Of a stretch of DNA of 64,000 nucleotides, positions 41,277-53,600 are shown in pieces. How positions within the stretch are numbered: the stretch's first letter is position 1; every line of letters begins with the position of its first letter. The stretch covers positions 68,572,001-68,636,000 of the forward strand of contig NC_043009.1 of the NCBI RefSeq assembly GCF_006345805.1, in the 5' to 3' direction. The stretch comes from Octopus sinensis (taxonomy: Eukaryota). The position numbers and the translations under genes are program-made. The notes beneath the pieces were generated by a model. It did no database searches, was not told where the DNA came from, and saw only the letters and a program-made list of their open reading frames with translations.

Positions 41277-41627
41277 CAATTGCAGCATGGAAGGTGTTTA
41301 TAAGCCATTTAAGAAACACACAAAAGCCGTTCGGTTCACTTCAACATTTAAGTTTAATTTGTCAAAATATTTTCGTCGCTAAAATCCGCGACCTGTTCAC
41401 TGACAAAGTCCGTGCTGCATCTCGGATGCAGCACGGATTTTATCAGTGAACAGGTCGCGGATTTTAGCGACGAAAATATTTTGACAAATTAAACTTAAAT
41501 GTTGAAGTGAATCGAACGGCTTTTGTGTGTTTCTTAAATGGCTTATAAACACCTTCATGCTGCAATTGCTTTCGTTTCAGCACACGATCTCAGATCAAAT
41601 TACTTGCTATGCGAGTACATCTCCGTA

Positions 41628-41667
<40 letters not shown>

Positions 41668-44600
41668 CTATGTGTAGGTGTCTTTGTCCTCCTATCACCT
41701 TTTGAACAATTGGTGTGAGTTTACATCCCCATAACTTAGCAGTTTGACAAAAGAGTTCAAAAAAATTAAATACCAGGCTTAAAAACAAAACAAAATTAAG
41801 CACCAGTGCTGATTCCTTCAACCAAAAACTCTACAAGGTGGTGCAGCACCAGCATGGCCGTAGTCTAATGAGCGTAATAGGTGAAAGCTATATATTTAGA
41901 TAATTACCTCAGTAGAATCTCTGGACAATAATAATGAAGGGGATATGAGGAGTTGAAGTTTGGTTTCTTTATATGATTTATCCATTTCAAATCCTAACCT
42001 TTCAACATAAAGGCAAGGGCAGGGAACTTCATCCACATTACAATTCTGAAAAAAGAAAATAAAAATTGATACTTAAATATAAAAAATATATATGACAAAA
42101 TTCAAAAGAAAGTAAGAAAAAATATATATGAGTAAATTCAAAAGAAAGGAGAAATAGCATTTAATAAAAATTTATTAACTGCAAAAATTACACAGTCCCT
42201 TAGAGCTGGTTCAATTAAGCCTAAAATATTAAATAGCAATTATTAAAATCATTATATTACACAAAATCTTTTCAGAGGAATAAAAAAAAGATATACCTAA
42301 TGCTAACAATATATCTTTTTTCTATTTCTCTGAAGAGATTTTGCCTAATATAATGATTTTAATAATTGCTATTTAATTCTTTAGGCTTAACTGAAACAGC
42401 TGTATGTTTGATTTTAGCAGATAATAAATTTTTATTAAATGTTATATCTCCATTTTCTTACTTTCTTTTGAATGATTAAAAACCATGATTTATAAATAAA
42501 CCTATTGTTTTAGGAATATTATTATTAACAACAAATATTAGCTATTGAACCAGCAATTCATTGGAGGATACCCTCTCTTAATGAGGCTAATTTAACCTCT
42601 AATTGAATATATGAAAAAATTAAAGCTAAGTCATAAATTCAATACTATGGTAAAAATATAAAACTTCACAACCTATTAATTGATATGGATTGAAGAAGCT
42701 ATTAAATTACACAAGAAGACAGATTCATAATGAAAAGTGAGTGGGGGTGGATTTAATTGGAGATGAAGGTGGTAGTTAATGAGGAAAGCAGAAAAGAAGG
42801 TATGCAAGGAAAGAACAAATAGTTGAAAAGTGTCTAAACCAGTAGTGCTCGACCATTTTAATATCCAGACAGGGTCCAAAAGCTGGATTTTTTTTTAAAG
42901 GGCCACACCCTAAAAGGTAAAACTAGTCAATTAAAGCAAAGTTTATAATATTTATAGAAGGAGGACCATCAAGGGATGCACATGAGGATGCTGGGGAGAT
43001 GCATGAAGGCCTGAAAGCCACAGTCAAGAACCACGGGTTGAAGCAGTGAGAAGAAATGGGATGGGATATTTAATGAAAACAGACAGAGAAAGGGAAGATA
43101 CGAGGTATTCAGAAAGAAGAGAACAATATTACGAAGCTGGTTGGTGAATTAGCAACTCACTATAGTCAACTTTAACCACTTTACTGTGGAAATCAGAGAT
43201 ATCCCCTCAAAATTTCATTACTCTCAACTGCAGAAAGCAGCTTTATATACCAATTTGTCTTTTGATGAGGAATGTCATGTGTGAAGCCATTTTTTTGGTT
43301 GAGAGATATCAAGTTCATTGAGGTAACATGACTTGCAGAAAATACTGATTCTATGTTTTTGGTAGATATTTAACATCATCATCATCATCATCATCGTTTA
43401 ACGTCCGCTTTCTATGCTGGCATGGGTTGGATGGTTTGACTGGGGTATGGGAAGCCAGGAGGCTGCACCAGGCCCCAATCTGATCTGGCAGTGTTTCTAC
43501 AGCTGGATGCCCTTCCTAGTGCCAACCACTCAGAGAGTGTAGCGAGTGCTTTTTACGTGCCACTGGCACAGGGGTCGGGGGGGGGGGCTGGCATTGACCA
43601 CGATCGGATGGTACCTTTTACATGCCACTGGCATGGAAGCCAGTTGAAGCGGCACTGGCATTGGCCCCATTCAGATGGTGCTTTTTACATGCCACCGGCA
43701 CAGAGATCACAACTACAATTTCCATTTGATGTACTTGACTCAATAGGTCTCCCCAAGCACGGCATGTTGCCCTACAATCCAAGGTACTTTTTGAGTGGGC
43801 TGATTATGCAACACTGGTGGAGGTTGCAGCTGTGAACTCACTTTGCCAGGTGTTCTCAGTCACAGCATACCTCCAGAGGTCTCGGTCTTTTGTCATTGCC
43901 TCTGTGAGGCCCAACATTCAAAGGTCATGCTTCACCACTTCATCCCATGTCTTCCTGGATCTCCTTCTACCCCGGATTCCTTCCACTATTTGGGAGTGGC
44001 ACTGCTTTGAAATAACCATTGAATTTAATTTTGAAATTAAAGGGTTAAGTAAACAAATCTTGGAATAGACGTAATCAATAATCTATCGAATATAGAAGTA
44101 ATCAATGTTCTACGTATGACATAGTTTGTTCAATGCAAACTTGATACGTGGCCAAGTGTCTTAGCCACTTGTTACCCTGAAGCCTAAAAATTCATAGAAG
44201 ATGACTAGAATACTATCAACATCATAGAAATGATCCTGAAAGATTGAATTTAACCCTTTAGCATTTAAACCAACCCCAGCAGGTAACAATATTCTACCTG
44301 TTTTATGTTCAAACCAATCAGGTCCAGCCTCTCACACCTAACTTACAATGTTATTCTAAAAACAGACAGTCACATCATCGAAATTCTTGAAGCTGCAAGA
44401 TAATGCCTGATTAATTAAAAACAAATGTGAACAAATAATCATTACGCTTGACAGAGTAACCTGAATGCTTAAGGGTTAATTTCAGAGAGGAGTGGTGCGG
44501 AAATCTGAGAAGATTTAGTAGAAAGAGATTGTGGTTACCTTTATGAGGTGGATCTGCATGTCATGTAACGTAACAGAAAATGTTACGGACAATGGACGAT

Positions 44601-47600
44601 ACTTTCGAGGGTCAAATGAACCTGATCTTTCTTCACTAGTGGACAGATTTGGAAAACTTACATCATTTTCTTCATCATTTTTTGGAGCATTATAAAAGTC
44701 TGTAAAATGTTGGTCTTCTCCAAAATAATTTTCCTGCAATACAAAAATGTGTGGAAAATAATAAAAAAATAATTTTGTACTGAGGTTTAGGACAATGTGT
44801 TCAAAGAGAAACAGCAGCTCATTGAGTCAATACAAACATAACAAGTATATTAGTGGTACTCATTAACCCCAGTGTGGTGGCTTTAAAAAAAGAGTTGACC
44901 GTAGCTGAAAATAAACTGAGAAAAGTTGCTTAAAAGATCAGCTGCCATATTGTAGTAGTAGTAGTAGTAGGTTCTTATTTATGTACAAGGAATAAAAAAA
45001 GTTGAAGGTAGCTTCTAGAAGTTGAACTCACAACTTTAAAACACAAAACTATAGAGAGTATAACATTTTAACCAGGTTGTTGGCATCTTTTTTGTCTCGG
45101 GAGACAATGGAGTTGCGCATAAAATAGTCCAGTCCGGCTTTTACATTTCATGTCCTGATACATTTCCTGCTGTGGCTGTGTAGTCCTATCCTGGACAAAC
45201 ACTCCCTCTGGTGTGTTTTAACCAGGTATTCTGCCAATATCTGCAGACTTCTGTTCCTAATGCCTCTGACAAAATGTATCCATAAATGAAAGACACGACT
45301 TCAGTCATGTATTCATTTATTTTGTCTATTATGAGAATAGGAAAGCAAATGAAATGTAATTTATTTACGATCTTTCTGAATGGTGATCTGATGTGATGCT
45401 TTATCAACATCCCTTTTTCTTTTTATGGGGGGGAGAGGCAGAATGTTGTCTAATTTCCTTGAAAAGAATGACCTAACAAACTATACTAAGAGAATATGTG
45501 AAATAACAATACATTAACTGAACTGCCAACTGAACATATGAACTAATGGCAAACTAAAATAGTAAAAGCTGATGCTGACAGCTGTTGATGGTTTTAGTTT
45601 CAGGAACTGCCACAAAACAGAAAGGAAGTAGTGACTCACCTTTATATTCCACAAACTGAGAAGTAAGGAACCATACAGACAGAGTACTGAGGGTCCGACT
45701 TCTAATTCAAGGTTGATCACATCTGGTTCTAGTAAAACAGGATCAAAGTCATCCGGCGGCTTGGAATACACCATGTCTTGTCTTAGAGGCCGAAGTGGAA
45801 TAAGCAGAGCTTCTTCAAGTTCTAGACCAGAGTTGATGTTCTCCTCAAGACCAGCCACGGGGTCGCTGCACACATGCAATAGTGGCATGGGGTGATAGGT
45901 GTATGTGATGCTCAAAGCTGCAATGGGTGTTGTCCAACAATCAATCCAGTCAGCACTAGAAAATAAGCAAATTGTTTTTTCAAGTTATGTCCAGTGAATA
46001 TAATTCCATTTGTCTCTCAATCAATGGATTCTGTTAGATAAACAAGGAAACTAAAAGCTCATAAATATTCAGATTTAATCTGTTCAGCTTCTCCTTCTTG
46101 ATTTTAGATGGCAATGGAATGCATACAAGAGTCTTACCTAATTTGCCATTTAGTGGGACAGAACTCTTATTAGTCTGAGAGTAAAACTTCAACATGAAAA
46201 CACGTAAATTACCTTTTCTGTGTGAGTTTCCTCCACTTTTCCCTTTGAGCAGGGAAGCCTTTTTCAAGAACATTTCCATCACGATCAAGTATTTTCATAT
46301 TCTCTGACAATGCTTTGATAACATGGCGACTAGTCACAGTTTCCGGTAGAAATAACCGACAATCCATACTCTCACCCTGAGTGAATTAAACAAAAATCAC
46401 TTTTCATAAAAAATGAAGCTTCAAATATAAAAATGGAAGAGATATTAGCAAGTTGTTGTAACGAAACATGTCACAATCTATACTAACAAAGCTACTGCTG
46501 CAGTAAGATTGTAAATGAAGTCAAGGACATGGGATTGCCAAATTCTATATATAAGAGCGACCTACTTGATGGAATGAACCAATCTTGATATATTATAGAG
46601 AGATTTGTGTTAGTAATTTCAGAAACATGAAAGAGAGAAACTGAATCAAACAAAACTTGAACTCAAAACACTAAGTACACTGGAGGAAACATAGAACAAT
46701 TGCTTCCATGTTCTTCCAGCTAAGCTGTCCAAACAACTGAAGCAAGAGTTATTGCCATTATTATCATATTTTTTTTTAGGTGATGAGCTGGAGAGAATCG
46801 TTAGTACACTAGGCAAAATTCTTAGCAGCATTTCATTTGTCTTTACATTCTGAGTTCAAATTCCACCAAGGTCGACTTTGCCTTTCATCCTTTTGGAGTT
46901 GATAAATTAAGTACCAGTTGAGTACTGGGGTTGATGTAATCAACCATCCCGCTCCCCACAAAATTTCTGGCCTTGTGCCTATAGTAGAAAGGATTATTAT
47001 CATTAATATTAAGGCCGCAAGGACAAAATGCTTAGCAGCGTTTTGTCTGAATCATTACATTCTGAGTTTAAATTCTGCCAAGGTTAACTTAGCTCTTCAT
47101 TCTTTCAAGATTAATGAAATAAGTACCAGTCAAGCGCTGGGGTCAATGTAACTGAATAGCTCCCTCCCACCAAAATTTTAGGCCTCTGCCATAGCAAATG
47201 CATAGTTTACAGTCGTGTTTGTTTGTTTGTCCATGGACAAAATATCTCAAGAACTGCCGGATGGATTTGAATGAAACTTTCATGGATGTTTGGCCTCATG
47301 ACAGGCACGAACTGATTAGATTTAGGGATCGATCCAGTACCAGACAAGGATTCTGGATTATTTTTCTGGGTTTTTTACTTAATTTTTGAGAACGGTTGGA
47401 TTCATTTTTTGTTGGATTCATTTAGTTTGTGAGAGCAGTCAAGTTTATTTCAGATATTCTCATTTTAAAAATCATCCCTGGCTAATTGTCGAGAGGACCT
47501 TGGTGTTGACTTGACAGAGGTTTGCACTCTCTGGGTGCTCTTGTTATCATTGTTATCCTTAAAGTGGCACACTGGACAAAAGGCTCAGCAGTATTTCTTC

Positions 47601-50600
47601 CAACCTTTATGTTCCAAGTTCAAGTGCCACCAAGGTCAACTTTGCCCTTCATTTTCCCAGAGTCAATAAAATAAATTACCAGTTAATATTCTACATTTTG
47701 TTTTATAAAACACTGAATCATCGAAGAATTATGGTTAAATACAACCTTTCTATTTTGTTATGTTAGTTCCTGAGGTTAAAATGTCCAAGTAATAGATTTA
47801 ACATTAGCTAACAACCACCCACATTTCAAACCTCACTGCACAGCAGTAAGTACGCAAGTAAGAATCTTATCAATACTCACTCGTATGAAAATACGTGTTG
47901 CAACTTTTGGAGGAAGGAAATCATCATAGGGAAGCTGAATTGACAAGTCAAACATATCACCACAAAATGCAACATAAACTGAAAATAAAAATCAAAATAT
48001 TTTTCAAACGTATTGTCAGGTTGAACAAAGTTTCTGAACCCATTAAGTCCCAGAGGACTTAAATTTCTGAATATTACTTTTAAATTTTTACAGATGATTG
48101 AAAATAGATTAAAATGAAAAAATTAATTATTAAAACTCCTTTACTTCAAGTAGAAATGGAAATACTCGGTGTCCTATAAATAGGACACTGAGACAATGTG
48201 ATATAGCTTATTTAAGGTTCTCATCTACTGTCCTATTTATAGGGACTTAATGGGTTAAACATGAAAAAACAAAGTCAATTTAAACAGAGAAACAAATGTT
48301 GAAATCAATAAAATCCAAGTAAAAAAAATTTAACTGTTCCTCTCTCTTCCCAACCTTTTCTATGTCCCACATCCCCAAAGTAAATGTTTGACTAATTTTC
48401 AAGCACCTTGCAAAAGTAATATCACAGGCAAGGATAGAAAAAAACAAATGGATTTTCTAATAATTCATTTATCATCATCATCGTTTAATGTCCGTTGTCT
48501 TTTTAAAACTGAAACACCTACAGTACTATGGAATAATATAGTTTTTGATAGGCCTCATAGAACAGAGTTATTTCTAAGAGCAAGATAATAGTTTCGTTCA
48601 GAAAAGTAAGTAACATAGGTACAGGTGTGGTACAGGTACAGGCTATCTTGTGGTCAGAAGTTTGGTTCCCAACCACATGGATTCAACACTTTGGACAAGT
48701 GTTTTTTTTTTACCATAGCCCCAAGCTGACCAAAGCCTTGTGAGTGAATTTGGTACGTGGAAGCTGAAAGAAATTCATTGTCTGATGGTAGTGGTGGGGG
48801 GATATTATCTAATACTGACTGGACCTGTCTTTGAAGAACAACATTGGTCAAGAATTTCTCAGCAATGGGGGTGGGGGAGTACGAGCCTCAATTTTAAAAT
48901 ACACAGATTTATCTCCCTTGTTACCAATGCCAATGTTCGCAGCCTTGTGTTGAATTACGTTACTCTGGTACTATGCCTCTGTGATTTAGTGTTCTTGTCT
49001 AGAAGTGACCACCACACGTGATCCCCATTAGAATGCTGTCCAGAGGTTCTGAGTCAAGGTTTTAATGGCAGCACTGACTTTGGCAAAGCTTAATGGTTCA
49101 TCAATTAAGGATGACAGATATTCCATAAGGTTCCTTTGTGACTGTTGAGTCGACTGATCAAGGCTGGTTTAGGAGGTGATTGAGGTGTTTCCCACTCACA
49201 CTCCCGTCTTGCTAACTGATCTGCCACAGACATACGAAAGAAAAAAAAATTGTTGACGATGACAACAACAATAATTTTGCTAGTTATAGAAGGAAACATT
49301 TTTCTCAAGATAAAAGAAAGGACCTTACAATCACTGTAATTACTTTCAAGCAGTACTTACTGTTCTCTTGATTTTGAGAAGAAGTATCAATCCAGTTGTG
49401 TTGGTTTGCCAGTGCAACTAATTCAAATTCTTTGATTATCAAATTGATGTGCCAAGTGTATGGAACAAAATGGTAAATATCTGGAACCTGCCGACTTGAC
49501 CAATCATCAGTCAGATCTAATATGGAAAAAAAAAAAGATTTTGTTTTGTTTGAATGATAAAAACAAAAGAAGTACAAAACGACAGGTAAATTTATATAAT
49601 ACTTTAAGAATTTCGATGAATGGTAAGAATCTAGGTGAAAAGTCCCAATATAGTTCAATTATAACAAAATCCAGGAACCTAAAAGAGAATTATTAATACA
49701 ATTGAAAATCCTTTATCCAAAATTCAAAGGTTTTTATTTTAACCCTTTAGTGTTCAGATTATTCAATCAAACATAATGCCTATTGATTCCCATTTATTTG
49801 AATTAATCATGCATTATCTCATATCTTCAAGATCTTGATGGTATAATTACTTGATATAGAATAACATTGTAGGGTAGGTGTGAAGGCCTGGATCTGGTCA
49901 GTTTGAACATAAAACAGATTAGCTATTTTGGCCGGATATGGCCGGTTTAAATACTAAAGGGTTAATGTTGACATGCCACAGGGCTGAGAAGGTTTCCACC
50001 AAGGACAGTTCTTAGGATAGATGCTGCTGTTACAACACACGAGTTTCTAAGCAATGGTCACCTTGTTTTGTTTTGTTTGTCTGTTTCTTTTAGAGTAAGC
50101 ACAAAACCTATTCACATGAGATCTGAATGTCACTGCCACGTAACAAGTGTAACATGACTGGTGCCGTTACTTGTACAGTTCTTTAAAAATATAACGCTGA
50201 CTTTTTAAAGTTTCCTATCATACTCTAACTTCTCGCCTGGCACACAGTCACTTCCCCCAGTTCTACTCCCTCTCTTGACTAACAGATCTTTGTTCTGCAA
50301 GTCTCTTGGCAACCCCGCTGGTACCAGTGCCACAGTAAAAGCACCCAGTACACCCCATAAAGTGGTTATCATTAGGAAGGGCATCCACCCATAGAAACTA
50401 TGCCAAAACAGACGACTGGAGCCTGGTGTAGCTCTCTGGCCTGCCAGCCTCTGTTCAAATCATCCAACCCATGCCAGCATGGAAAACAGATGTTAATTAT
50501 TGATGATGATGGGTTATATGCCCTGCTTCGTTTGTTTTTACCTTACGTAAAACCTAATGCTTGTAGAGTAAAATACAGGTACAAATACAAATAGCGTACC

Positions 50601-53600
50601 TGAACTGTAACCTTATAATCTTTTCTACTCTAGGCATAAGGCCTGAAATTTGGGGGGAGAGGGCCAGTCGATTAGATTGACCCTAGTACGCAACCGGTAC
50701 TTAATTTATCAACCCTGAAAGGATGAAAGGCAAAGATGACACTGGTATTTATTTTATTAATATTTAGCACAGAATTTATTTACATTCAGTCCACCCAAGA
50801 GAGGAGAATATTAGAATTAAGAATGGTACGATGTTTAGCATCAAGCCAGTTCTGATTGAAGAGACCAATGATCAAAGCCATTCCGGCTGTGACCATCATA
50901 TTTTTTTGTTTACAGGCATATCTAAGACTACTTTATTAAAAGTGTCCATCCATTTTTTTTTTTAATATAGTAGGATGCAATTGGTTAGAGATTTGGTTGA
51001 TATGTCTAGCAGATGGGGTAACTGGGTAGAAGATCGGTCATTGACTTGGTTTGTCAAATTCAAAGAATTGTCAAACTGTGGGCTAAAGAATTAATTCTCA
51101 ATCCTAGAGCAGTGAGCCATTCTGTATGGTAAGTACATTGTGTTGGCCATTCACAGTCAAATATATTGGCTCCTGATGCATCACTGCACTGCGGCAGGAT
51201 ACAAATTCCCAACCAACCTATCTGCCCACTTGCTTTTTAATTTTACTTTCTTCACAAATGAACAAGCTGTTGACTGATTATTCTGTGTAGAAACTATTTT
51301 CTGGCAACGATCATCATCATTTAGTATCCGTTTTCCATGCTAGCATGGGTTGGACGGTTCAACTGGGGTCTGTGAAGCTGGAAGGCTTCATCAGGCCCAG
51401 TCAGATCTGGCAGTGTTTCTACGGCTGGATGCCCTTCCTAACGCCAACCACTCCATGAGTGTAGTGGGTGCTTTTTACATGCCACCCGCACAGGTGCCAA
51501 ACAGGATCTGCAAAGTAATTCAAAAGCCAACTTGTCGATTCATAATTAAATCGGTCGAGTTGTGTCCCTTGCAGAAAGATTACTCACATGAAAGAATTAG
51601 AATTAATCAGCTGGTAATTAGTTAATGTGTCTTATAAAGACGATGGGTTTATTGCATTTTTAAAGGTTCGAACTAAATCACTAAATTCAGCCCCTTGCAT
51701 TTTTATCTTGTATTCTTTTGGGATCAAGAAATTAGAATAACAAAAGATCAATACGAAAGAGTCATGTCTTGTTAAAAAAAGGCTAAGAAGAGGTCACAAA
51801 GGCATCAACAAATCAAACAAGTTGACCAACACCAAACGCTCTGTCCTAATACATCAAAATAAGTTTCTACTCCAATAACAGTGAGCTCTTTTGACCAGAA
51901 ACAAGGCCAATGCGAGGATGCAGTTAACTGAATTGATCCAGTATATTGCTGGTATTTATTTCATCAAACCTATAAAATCACAGGGTATAAAACTCTGCAA
52001 AAGTATCTGGACTTGAGAAAGAGTGACATGGAACAACAGAGTAAAGCATTTTCCCTTTGACTCAACAAACTTAAGGCTTCCTCCATTCCCTTCACACACA
52101 GCTTTCTTTCCCTGCAAATCATCTTTCCCCTCTCTTTCAGCCTCTTTCTTTCGGAACCAATGAATGGCGCAAGATGAAGGCCACTGGACAACAATTTGGT
52201 TGCAAGTTTATATCCTGTCATAATGTGCAGTGATGTCCGAGTAGCCGATATATTTGGCTCTGGAGGGCCAAGACAATGTACGGTGTGTGTGCTTTGCCAT
52301 ATAGAATTTGCTCACTGCTGAAAGGTTGAAGATTAATTCTTTAGCCCACAGTTTAACGTTCATTTCTTCTTTTTGAACTTGACTTTGATAAACTAAGCCA
52401 ATGGGGGAGCTTCTACCCAGTTACCCCATCTGCTAGACATAACAACCAAATCTCTAACCAGTCATGAAATGATTATCTTAATAATGTAATCTTTTTATAG
52501 TTAAAGCTGTTCTCACATTAAACAAACAAACTGTAGCAGTCGGACACTTTTAAAGGGAAGGAAACAGAGAACAATGCAATTCATTCACAGCCTCCTTATA
52601 TGGTCATTAGTGGTCTAAGTGAAATGACCACCAAACGAAAGTTGGAGACAATTTGTAGGCTGGTTTCATTAGGAACTTCCTCCTAGACAAAAATAGTTGA
52701 CAATAAGCTTTGTTTCCTTGGGGTCTGAAACAAGTCTTTAATTTATTCTCATGTGCCAGTCACCATCAGCATCGTCATTTAACAATGATGTAAATGTGTT
52801 AAATTATTTGGCAAATACAAAAACTGTGCGGGAATTGTGAAAATGATGTAATCTTGAATTAACCCTTTGACATTTAAACTCGTCCCATCTATCCCAAATA
52901 TTTTACCCATTTTATGTTCAAACCAGTCAGATCTGGTCTCTCACACCTACCCTACAATGTTGTTCAAAAGGTAACCAATCACATCACCGAATTCTCAAAG
53001 CTGCAAGATAATGCAAGATTAATTCAAAACAATGAGAGTAAGTAAGCATTACATTTGACAAAGTCCTCTGAATGCTAAAGGATTAATGCTAAAGGATTAA
53101 AATGTAAATTGGAGGAAATACTTTATTTAGGTAAAAAATTCAAAGTTTACCTGAGAAGAATGACTTCAGATCATAGATAAGGTAAACAGTTGCTTTGCAG
53201 GCAGTAAAGTCAATTTGCCAGTCTTGATGACTATTCCAGATAATTGGATATGTGGCACTGATGGAGAACTTTAAGAAAAAGAATTATAAATATTAACAAT
53301 TAACAACTTGAAGAATGTGGTACAAAGAAGACTATTTTAAAATAACAGTAAATCATTGCCTATATGCTGGCTTTTGCTCCTTTTTTACTAATTACAAGTT
53401 AGAAATATAAAGCAGCAGATTCACATGTACCATATGGTCAATATCCTTTTCAGAAGCAATGACAAAAGAATTTCATGCAATATAAAATGTATTGATTATT
53501 TTGAATTAAAATATATATTTCATGACTTTCAGGTTTATAACAAATTCAACCAAAATTGTCAGCAGTGAAGCAAAAGAAAGATTATTGATATAAATGGATT

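Noticed and set aside
42100-42680. Mitochondrial-looking AT-rich sequence (possible NUMT)
   Set aside because: I could not translate a convincing mitochondrial protein, rRNA or tRNA. Needs BLASTN against the mitogenome.
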